64,000 bases of DNA from an uncultured Candidatus Saccharibacteria bacterium (GTDB lineage Bacteria > Patescibacteriota > Andersenbacteria > UBA10190): NCBI GenBank assembly GCA_964372635.1, contig CAYJQW010000001.1, forward strand, positions 4,083 to 68,082. Reading direction: 5' to 3'. The number at the start of each line of letters is the position of its first letter. Position 1 is the stretch's first letter. Made by a program: the position numbers and the translations under genes. Positions 8,016 to 15,697 of this stretch are shown here, piece by piece. A model generated the notes under the pieces. That model ran no database searches. It was not told the origin of the DNA and saw only the letters and a list, made by a program, of their open reading frames with translations.

Positions 8016-9686
8016 ATGAACGAGAAAAAACTTAAGTCTCTCTCGAGGCAAGAGTTACAAAAGCTCTTGGTGTCGGACGCGGATGCTTTCACAGCATTGC
8101 GTTATCTGCGACACCGAGAGGCAGTCCCGGTGCTTCCCGAGCTCGAGGAGCAAGGACAGGATGTTCTTCCCGGAAGCGAAGGAGTGCTCGCGGATCTCTA
8201 CTACGGATTGTGGAATCCGGAGCCTACCCTCAAGGATGAGGTAGCGCCGGATCGTCAGTACTGGCAGCAAATGTTAGGCCAAACGATTGAAACATCGGCC
8301 TATCAAGAGCTGCACGCGGCCACGCAACTCAAGGAGCTGCAGTCAATTCTCGGGACAATCACCATGGGCGAATCTGTCCTGGCGATGGTGCCGAAGAAAG
8401 ACCAGCAAAAACTCCAAGAGGTGCAGGAAGCGTCCGAAGACGCCAAGGATTTGGCGGAAACAGCAGCAGAGGCCGAAGCAGCAGCGCAAGCTGCCCAGCA
8501 GTTGGCTTCAGCCGCCGCCAAGGCTATGGCCGACAAGGATGCTGTCCAGCAAGGTTCGGGCTCGCCCGCCGGAGCGCAAGCGAAGGCGGGTCAGATGGAC
8601 CCAAAGCAAGCACGAGAGTTGGCCAATGAGTTGGCTTCGGCCGCCGCCAAGGCTATGGCCGACAAGCAAGCAGCTCAGGAGTTGGCTCAAGAAGCTAAAG
8701 ACCGTGCCCAAGAACTTTCTAAGAAGTTACTGGGCAAGCCGGGTAGTGAGCAAGCGGAGCAAAAACTTCGTGAGCTCACCCGCATCGGTTTACAAGCCGC
8801 GCGTAACGCCCAAGCTAAGGTGGAGGAGGTTTCCGAAACCATCGAAGCCTGGGGTTTGGAGCAAAGTGAGCTGACACGCCAAGGGATTCCCGAGGCGCTG
8901 GCGCTACTTCAGCGCATGAAGCGCAATGCAGCGCTCAAGCAGTTCGCCGGACTTCTCGGCCGCCTTCGCAAGATTGCGGCTCGGAAGGCTCGCTCTAAAA
9001 CAGCCGGAGAAGGAGTGCGGGTCACGGTTCCGGAAACGGGCCGGGATATTCGCCGCGCTCATAGCTCTGAGCTGGTTGCGCTTGTTCACCCAGCACTCCG
9101 CGTTAAAGGATTGACGCGTTGGGCACGTGGTGAACTGCGGTTGGTTGGTCAGCGCACGAAGCAGAAGCTTGGTCATGGACCGGTCATCGTCTGTGAAGAC
9201 GGATCCGGTTCGATGGAAGGAGCCAAGCAGCAGTGGGCAAAGGGAGTGACACTGTCACTCGCTCACTATGCGAAACTCCAAAAGCGGTCGTTCGGGTGGG
9301 TACTCTTTGATAGTGCTGTAAAGCAATCAAGGAATTATCCGCAAGGACGATTGACTGCCGAGCACATGCTTGAACTGGCCGAGTCGCGGGCCGGTGGCGG
9401 AACTGACTTTGAGTCACCGCTTAGAGCCGCCATCGAAATGATTCAGAAGGAAGGCCTTAAAAAAGCCGACATCTGCTTTATCACTGATGGTGAGTGCGCA
9501 GTCAGCGACGAGTTCCTTCGGGAATTTCTGGCGGTCAAGAAGACGTACGAGGTCAACGTGTTTACAGTTCTCTGCGATGTTGGCTCGACGTCTGACGCGA
9601 CTGTTCAGCAGTTCTCGGATCAAGTGGTTCGCGCTTCAAGCTTCACGGCAGAAGAAGCTGAGGTTGCGGTGTTTGGTTCTTTATAA
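8016..9686 (+). CDS. VWA-domain protein with a MIDAS motif and an Ala/Gln-rich coiled coil
   Basis: GGGAGG RBS. The C-terminal domain has the VIVCEDGSGSM MIDAS motif (DxSxS) with the later conserved T and D residues (GGTDFE, FITDGE). The central segment contains an internally duplicated LASAAAKAMADK. Confidence 0.75.
   Translation: MNEKKLKSLSRQELQKLLVSDADAFTALRYLRHREAVPVLPELEEQGQDVLPGSEGVLADLYYGLWNPEPTLKDEVAPDRQYWQQMLGQTIETSAYQELHAATQLKELQSILGTITMGESVLAMVPKKDQQKLQEVQEASEDAKDLAETAAEAEAAAQAAQQLASAAAKAMADKDAVQQGSGSPAGAQAKAGQMDPKQARELANELASAAAKAMADKQAAQELAQEAKDRAQELSKKLLGKPGSEQAEQKLRELTRIGLQAARNAQAKVEEVSETIEAWGLEQSELTRQGIPEALALLQRMKRNAALKQFAGLLGRLRKIAARKARSKTAGEGVRVTVPETGRDIRRAHSSELVALVHPALRVKGLTRWARGELRLVGQRTKQKLGHGPVIVCEDGSGSMEGAKQQWAKGVTLSLAHYAKLQKRSFGWVLFDSAVKQSRNYPQGRLTAEHMLELAESRAGGGTDFESPLRAAIEMIQKEGLKKADICFITDGECAVSDEFLREFLAVKKTYEVNVFTVLCDVGSTSDATVQQFSDQVVRASSFTAEEAEVAVFGSL
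8502..8666 (+). repeat. In-frame 36-bp direct repeat inside the VWA gene (8502-8537 and 8631-8666)
   Basis: The two copies match at 35 of 36 nt and are spaced 129 nt apart. Each encodes LASAAAKAMADK. Confidence 0.7.
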
Positions 9687-9695
9687 GGTTTCTGT

Positions 9696-9724
9696 GAGAC
9701 TAGATGTCTGCCGCATCTAGTCTC
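9696..9724 (+). other. Perfect 11-bp hairpin GAGACTAGATG-tctgccg-CATCTAGTCTC
   Basis: It starts 10 nt after the VWA gene stop. It has no U-tract, so it is either a rho-independent-like structure lacking the tract or a protein-binding palindrome. Confidence 0.45.
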
Positions 9725-9815
9725 CTCTGTCTCCCGGTGTGTTACTGGGACTGATGAGACTTACAAAGTCGAAACAGAGGACATTTACAACATTCCACGA
9801 CGAAAGGAGCCTACC

Positions 9816-11408
9816 TTGGCGTCCCAACTTATCGTTTCGCTGGAAGCCAGGGAAGGCAAAAACCCTGGTGAGGCGATTGGTACTTACCAAAGGTGCCACA
9901 TCGTCTTCTTGCCCCACGGGACGCCGGTCGACGTCACTGTCAGGGTTGTGCTGGAAGAAATCACAACTAAAAAAGACAGTGCCGGTCGGACGATGTACCG
10001 TGGCGTGCCAGCCCCGGTTGAGTACAGCGATCGCTGGAAAAACAATGGCGACGGAACGATCTCCAAGATCACCGTCTCCAAGGACTGGCTTGGTACTGAT
10101 TGCGAGGAAGGCATCATTGAAACACGCCAACTCGCAACACGTGAGGGTGCTCCGTATACTCGAACTGAGCGTCAGGTACGCTGGGGTTCTACCTTGGCAG
10201 CCTGCACTGTTGATGTCGCTGACATCACGACCATTCCCACGGAAGTGGAGATGGTGCAGAACGGGCAGCTCGGCTGGCGAAAAACCAGCGAGCGGGAGGA
10301 GAAATCTTCATGCTCTGTGTCAGTCACGGACGTGCGAGTGACGAGCCTGGACAGCACTGTGTGGCAGTCCTCGTATCCGTCTGAGTGGCAGCTTTCGGCA
10401 GCAGTAGACCATGATGGTACAAGCATCTCGGTGCGTGTGCCGTGGTCGAATGCACCGAAGGAAGTGCGCGAGCGGATCGAGAATCGCTACCCGGTCTGCG
10501 TCTGTGGTCGCCAGCGTTACGACGTGCAAAATTCCGACGGCTACCTCAAGTGCGAGAAGTGTCGGGAAGAAGAGCACTGCGTGCGTTGTGGCAAGCAGGC
10601 AAAGGTTGCGGTCATCAGTAGTCGCTTAATTTGTGCGAACTGCAAACCGTATGAAGAGCAGGAACAACTCGTTAATCGAGTTTGCTCTGTTCAACAGCGG
10701 CAAGCACTAGCGCAACAAGCGACGCGGCTCTTGGCAGGTAATGCCGTGCCGCGCGAAGCTGGTGAAGCGATCATGCGCTCTACGCTTGGTCACGTTGAGC
10801 CGGAATGGAAACGAAACGACCTCGCACAGAAACATGCCGGGTACGCCTGGTACTACTTCTGCGATGAGGGCGTCTACGGTTCCAAGTTTCCTTCGGCGGC
10901 TCTGCAGATTCTGCAGGGATTGTCGGAGGCATCCGGAAACGGCGTGGTCGAGTTGGTCGCATGGCTGACAGGCTACCAGAAGGTTGATGACTGTGAGCGG
11001 TATGGAGATTTCTTCTGCCGCACGCAGGTGAGGGGAGAGACTGTCACTCCCACCTTGACTGAAAGCAGCCTGCAACGGCTGATCTTGACAGTGAAGCTGC
11101 GAGGTTCAGAAGCTGATCGCATCGAGGTATTGCAAAAGTATCGGGCTATGACCGAAAGGCCGTACCCTGATGCCGAGCAAACAAGAGCAGTCGCAGATAT
11201 CCTGAGCAGCGATGCGCAGGACTATGCGGCGGCACTGGCCAAGATGCGCGAGGCGGAAGAGCTTCGTATGGCACAAGAGCAGAGGAAGCAGCAAAAGCTT
11301 TTTTCTTCTCAGTCAACACCTGTTACTCCCACCGATAAGGACGAGAGTAAGCAGCGGGGACTGGAAAATCTGCTCAACAAGTGGGGCGACCCCCACAAAA
11401 AACAATGA
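9816..11408 (+). CDS. Hypothetical 530-aa protein with an N-terminal TRAM-like beta-barrel and a Cys4 zinc ribbon
   Basis: TTG start after an AAAGGAG RBS. The N-terminus GEAIGTYQRCHIVFLPHGTPVDVTVRVV follows a TRAM-like pattern. A CxxC-(13)-CxxC cluster sits at residues ~230-250. Additional CxxC pairs (CVRC ... CANC) follow within ~30 residues. The C-terminus is a Gln/Glu-rich coiled coil. Confidence 0.55.
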   Translation: MASQLIVSLEAREGKNPGEAIGTYQRCHIVFLPHGTPVDVTVRVVLEEITTKKDSAGRTMYRGVPAPVEYSDRWKNNGDGTISKITVSKDWLGTDCEEGIIETRQLATREGAPYTRTERQVRWGSTLAACTVDVADITTIPTEVEMVQNGQLGWRKTSEREEKSSCSVSVTDVRVTSLDSTVWQSSYPSEWQLSAAVDHDGTSISVRVPWSNAPKEVRERIENRYPVCVCGRQRYDVQNSDGYLKCEKCREEEHCVRCGKQAKVAVISSRLICANCKPYEEQEQLVNRVCSVQQRQALAQQATRLLAGNAVPREAGEAIMRSTLGHVEPEWKRNDLAQKHAGYAWYYFCDEGVYGSKFPSAALQILQGLSEASGNGVVELVAWLTGYQKVDDCERYGDFFCRTQVRGETVTPTLTESSLQRLILTVKLRGSEADRIEVLQKYRAMTERPYPDAEQTRAVADILSSDAQDYAAALAKMREAEELRMAQEQRKQQKLFSSQSTPVTPTDKDESKQRGLENLLNKWGDPHKKQ

Positions 11409-11578
11409 AAAATATTCTTGTTGGAATTGTTTGTTCCATCAAGCAGGAAATTCTGGGAAGCGCCTGGCATTATGCAAAAGCTTCCCTTCTTCTTACAGTC
11501 AGCAAGTATTGCTTGTCGGCTGTAATCAAGAAATACTACATGTAGCCGCTATGAGGCTGCATAGTCAGCGTCTTCCAC

Positions 11579-11599
11579 CGTCGCGTAAAGCTATGGTGG
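11579..11599 (+). repeat. Island motif A copy 5 (ccgtcgcgtaaagctatggtgg)
   Basis: Core cgcgtaaagcta. It lies in the GC transition zone at the right edge of the island. Confidence 0.45.
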
Positions 11600-12141
11600 A
11601 CGCCGTGGGAATCGAATGATTAAATCGATGCGATCCGTCCGCCAAAAAAGCGGATTCTATCTCTCTCTTGATCCCGTAAAATCGCCGTTGGCGGTCACGG
11701 GAGGTAACAAAGATTTGATGATTCGTATAATTTCTCAGGCACTGCTGGCTTGCAGCCTTGTGGCGGTTATTTTTTATTTTGCCCTTTGTGTCCGGGTTTT
11801 TTATCTGGCTTTTCCGAAATTCGGTATTGCCAGTTCGCCGGTTACTTGCTCTAATCCCCCAGCGCCAAAGGCTTCGGAGGGACACAGTAAGGTTCTAACT
11901 TGCTTCTTAAAGGCGGACTTTCTATTAAGAGAAGAGAGGTATCTCCTCTCTCATGACGTTTGCTACTCTCACTGCTCTCACCTCATTCAGTTTCCTCAGG
12001 TTTCGAGATGAACTAGAAAATTCGAGTCATATTAATTTTACATTACTAAATGGTGGCTGACCCATTCCCTACCCTGACTCCATTACCTACCCCGACTGTT
12101 TTTGGTTTATTGATCTTTTCGATACACTATAGAGTAAATTC

Positions 12142-12492
12142 ATGCCTGACATCATTCTCATTAAAAAACAAATCAGCCGAGAAAAGCTTAAAGAGATTGC
12201 GCAGCTGCGCTTCGGTGACTTGGTTAAAGCGGTTGTTGATATTGAGAAAAATATTATGGCCATTGGCGGTGAACTTCATGCGGACGAAGAAGCATTTCTA
12301 CTTGATAACGGATCTGAACAGAAAAACCTATGGGGTATTAATCTTTATCCTGAACTTGCACTGCCCGATATGCTTGAGTTTGATTCTATGATTAATATTC
12401 GGCCACAATCAGGTAATTCATCTCGCAATATCGAAGACTCGGAAATAAAGCAAAAGATAACTGCCCTAGTTGGCACGCTAATCGAGGAATGA
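12142..12492 (+). CDS. Conserved small hypothetical protein (116 aa)
   Basis: A low-GC ORF. It is the first gene to the right of the island. Confidence 0.45.
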   Translation: MPDIILIKKQISREKLKEIAQLRFGDLVKAVVDIEKNIMAIGGELHADEEAFLLDNGSEQKNLWGINLYPELALPDMLEFDSMINIRPQSGNSSRNIEDSEIKQKITALVGTLIEE

Positions 12493-12495
12493 TAT

Positions 12496-12807
12496 ATGGA
12501 TTGGGCAACATTAACTATCGCCGAGCAACTGGGAAATATTGGGAGTGAATTCGAACGAGCAGTTCGCTGGAAGCAGCGTGGCAGGCAGGCTTTCGCCTGG
12601 AACGCAGCCGTGCGGACATTAGCCCAGCTTGATAAAACTCTGACCGATTCGCGCCACGCTGGTCATCGGCGGCGAGAGATCGCACGGTTGCGCGATGAAG
12701 TGTGCGACGTGCTATTTTCTGACCAACTGAAAACTCAATCTGCACAGCAGCTCCAAAGATATTTCATGGCTTTTGCAACTGCTGCCCGTAAAACTTCTCG
12801 TCCATAA
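12496..12807 (+). CDS. Hypothetical helical protein (103 aa)
   Basis: GAGGA RBS. It starts 4 nt after the previous stop. Its GC (~52%) is higher than its neighbours. Confidence 0.45.
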   Translation: MDWATLTIAEQLGNIGSEFERAVRWKQRGRQAFAWNAAVRTLAQLDKTLTDSRHAGHRRREIARLRDEVCDVLFSDQLKTQSAQQLQRYFMAFATAARKTSRP

Positions 12808-13092
12808 AACTATCTTAGACCGCTGATTATGGCTAGATTTATGTAATTGCGAGCAATTTTATTAAAGGCACTCTCGAGTACCAAGGATAAGAATTTAAAT
12901 ACACTGACACTTACTTTTTGATAACTTCAATGCGTAAATTGCTGAGGACGTAAAAAAATTTAACCTAGATTGGTCAGCGGTTGACAAGCAGTCTAAATTG
13001 ATACACTTTTTTTAAGTCTTGCTATTTAAGTGGTAAGTGTTCTGTTCCAGTCAAATCCCAAATAATTAATGTGAAGAAGAAAGGAGTGCCCT

Positions 13093-13296
13093 ATGGCAAT
13101 TTGCACAAAATGTATGCAAAAGGGAGCCATGTTTTGTGGCTCAATGATCTGTCCGTGCGAGGAAGGTAAAAAATGTGCCGGTGATGGTACTCGACCAAAC
13201 ACCGGGGTTCGTATCTGCAAGGCATGTTCTTTAAAACTCAAGCAATGTGAAGAGTGTCGGGCAAAGCTAACCGAAGCAGAACTTCAAGCCCATTAA
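13093..13296 (+). CDS. Small Cys-rich protein (67 aa, 10 Cys)
   Basis: AAAGGAG RBS. Paired CxxC motifs (CTKC, CKAC, CEEC) are visible in the translation. Confidence 0.45.
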   Translation: MAICTKCMQKGAMFCGSMICPCEEGKKCAGDGTRPNTGVRICKACSLKLKQCEECRAKLTEAELQAH

Positions 13297-13450
13297 GACA
13301 TTCATGACTTCAGTTCCCATCATGACAAAATTGAATGATGGGATTTTTATTTCCCGTAAAATAAGTGCACATTTTTTAATGACAAATTTATCACGGTTAG
13401 ATTAGTGAATAAAAAACCGCACGTTGATCCGTGCGGGTATAAATTTGTCC

Positions 13451-13726
13451 CTATTTTTTAGCTCGGCGAGAGCAGCTAGAAAGCTCACATTGTTGACGAT
13501 GAATATAACGACGGCAATTTCGAAGCAATTTTTCAAAAGAGCCAATCATCTTACCGGCCGGTTTTTGCTCCGGCAACACGGCATAAAGTACAAGATCGTT
13601 ATGCCAGCAACGAGCATTCTCTTCGGCGTCTCTGTGCCGACGGATAGAGTGTCTCAGTCTCATCACTTCGCGTCGTAGTTGCCCGATAGTCATTTTTTTA
13701 ACATCAATGTCTTGCCGGATGAACAT
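13451..13726 (-). CDS. Hypothetical protein (91 aa), possibly the 3' part of a frameshifted gene
   Basis: It overlaps the upstream minus-strand ORF by 23 nt in another frame. Confidence 0.35.
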   Translation of the reverse strand: MFIRQDIDVKKMTIGQLRREVMRLRHSIRRHRDAEENARCWHNDLVLYAVLPEQKPAGKMIGSFEKLLRNCRRYIHRQQCELSSCSRRAKK

Positions 13727-14264
13727 TCCTATCTCCTTCGGACAAGAGGGACGGCATAAAAATATATACTATCTCTATACCAAGACTTTGCGCCTGTTCG
13801 TGCTCCCAAGTAGCGCCCTCCGATGTCTCCCAACCAGGCATGAAATAAAGCTGGTCGACTAAGCCGGATTGAAAAATTGGCAGGTAAAACTCATTGAGAA
13901 GCTGATTATTTTGCCGAGAACCCCACCTGTTCTGAACGATGCGGAAAATGTGTTCTTGAAATGGCATCTGGTCAAAGACAGTAAGGCCTCTTTTCATGAG
14001 AAGGCCAATAACGGCATCAAAGAATTCAATGTTTTTCTCAATACTGCCCAGACCTCCCGTTGAAATGGGACCGCATACCTCGCTTATCGGTTTCGGCATC
14101 TTAGCTAAGACATTTAAGGCAATAATTGCCAGGTCTGAAAATGTGCTAGCGGAAAACAAAGATAATTTGTCCTGCTGGGTCCAATATTGTTCGTTGCGCT
14201 GCATGTGCTTTGTCTCCAGGCAAGTGATTTCTAGGGTAAAGAACACGAGTATCAATGATAGCAA
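13704..14264 (-). CDS. Hypothetical protein (186 aa)
   Basis: Protein-like composition. The start may be an internal Met at MQRNEQYW. Confidence 0.4.
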   Translation of the reverse strand: MLSLILVFFTLEITCLETKHMQRNEQYWTQQDKLSLFSASTFSDLAIIALNVLAKMPKPISEVCGPISTGGLGSIEKNIEFFDAVIGLLMKRGLTVFDQMPFQEHIFRIVQNRWGSRQNNQLLNEFYLPIFQSGLVDQLYFMPGWETSEGATWEHEQAQSLGIEIVYIFMPSLLSEGDRNVHPARH

Positions 14265-14511
14265 TGATGCTGCCCAAGGAAAAGTCTGTTTTCAGAAAAC
14301 GTGTCTTGTTACAAGTCTCCATAACTACTGTTTGAAATTATGCTAAATAAGTAATTTCCAAATAATGCTCCCTTTATCCTTGTGTCAATTACTTAATTTA
14401 TGACTGTCGGAATATTTTTATATATAATTCTTAAGGCATAGATGTTTTTTTCGAGACATATATTATTGATCTACATTGACTGGTTAATCTAAAAATGGGC
14501 ACACTGCTAGC

Positions 14512-15639
14512 ATGACAAAATTAGCATTGAAAATATTAACATCAGTTTTGATTTTAATAATCGGATTGCCAGTTAATGCTGCGGCTGATTCTGTCCTGCT
14601 TAAAGAGGTTGCGGTTGAGCCATCAAATATTAAGTTTCGTCAGTTTGTCTTAACGCAGAGCGGTAAGAAATTCACGGCTTCGTCGGCCGTGGTAAGCAAG
14701 TGGTTTAAGACAAGAAAAGATGGTGATCAAACTTTATTGCAATTACGACCAGGAGCAATTTATGATTTTCTGAATGTGTCGGTTTCTCCTCAAGTAAATG
14801 ATGTTGGGCAAGTTAGTCGCTTCGTCCGTAAAAACGGCAAACTAGAAATGGTTGGCGCTGGTCGAAAAGGTAGTATTGTGGATGGTATTAAAACTTCACT
14901 GGCGATACGTGAAGCCCTAATTAATGGTAAAAACACGGTGGCAGTATCGCTTAAAACTTACCGTCCGGCTATATTTTCCGAGAAAGATTTTACATCACTT
15001 AAATTTCCGCAACTTCTGGCTAGTGGTGAAAGCAGCTTCGCCGGCAGCCCACGCAATAGAATACACAATATTCAAATCGGAACATCTCGTTTTGACGGAC
15101 TGGTCATAATGCCTGATGAGCAGTTTTCATTTAATAGTTATTTAGGTGAGGTTGACGCAGAGAATGGATATAAACCAGAGCTAGTTATTAAAGAGAATGT
15201 GACTACGCCAGAATATGGCGGCGGTATTTGCCAGGTTTCAACGACAGCATTTCGGGCCGCGCTTCAAGCGGGGTTTAAAATTAATCAAAGACGTAATCAT
15301 TCCTATCCTGTTAGTTATTACGGTACCCCAGGATATGACGCTACGGTCTATGCACCTTACACCGACTTACGCTTTACAAACGATACAGGGAAACCAGCGT
15401 ATTTAAGAACACGCATCGAAGGCACACGTGTGATCTTTGAGGTTTGGGGTACGAATGACGGCCGAGAAGTATTGGTCAATGGTCCGTTTGTAACTGCAAA
15501 AAAATCGGGCGGGGCCTTAACTGCGGCTGTAGCCCAGATTGTAAAAATGTCTGGCAAGTCAATTCGCGAAGAAAACTTTGTCTCGAATTACCAATCCCCT
15601 GATAAATTTCCAACTATCAGAGCGGCTAATGGCGAGTAA
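14512..15639 (+). CDS. VanW-family protein with an N-terminal signal peptide / membrane anchor
   Basis: Hydrophobic N-terminus. The VanW-like core is PEYGGGICQVSTTAFRAALQAGF. Confidence 0.7.
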   Translation: MTKLALKILTSVLILIIGLPVNAAADSVLLKEVAVEPSNIKFRQFVLTQSGKKFTASSAVVSKWFKTRKDGDQTLLQLRPGAIYDFLNVSVSPQVNDVGQVSRFVRKNGKLEMVGAGRKGSIVDGIKTSLAIREALINGKNTVAVSLKTYRPAIFSEKDFTSLKFPQLLASGESSFAGSPRNRIHNIQIGTSRFDGLVIMPDEQFSFNSYLGEVDAENGYKPELVIKENVTTPEYGGGICQVSTTAFRAALQAGFKINQRRNHSYPVSYYGTPGYDATVYAPYTDLRFTNDTGKPAYLRTRIEGTRVIFEVWGTNDGREVLVNGPFVTAKKSGGALTAAVAQIVKMSGKSIREENFVSNYQSPDKFPTIRAANGE

Positions 15640-15697
15640 AGCCACATCAGGCAACCAAACACAGGAATCTGTGACGATGGATAAAAATTGGACATCA

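Noticed and set aside
11212-12011. ORFs 11212..11619+, 11565..11885- and 11616..12011+ in the island/core transition zone
   Set aside because: They overlap one another. They have no RBS and low-complexity translations. The region more likely holds boundary or regulatory sequence.
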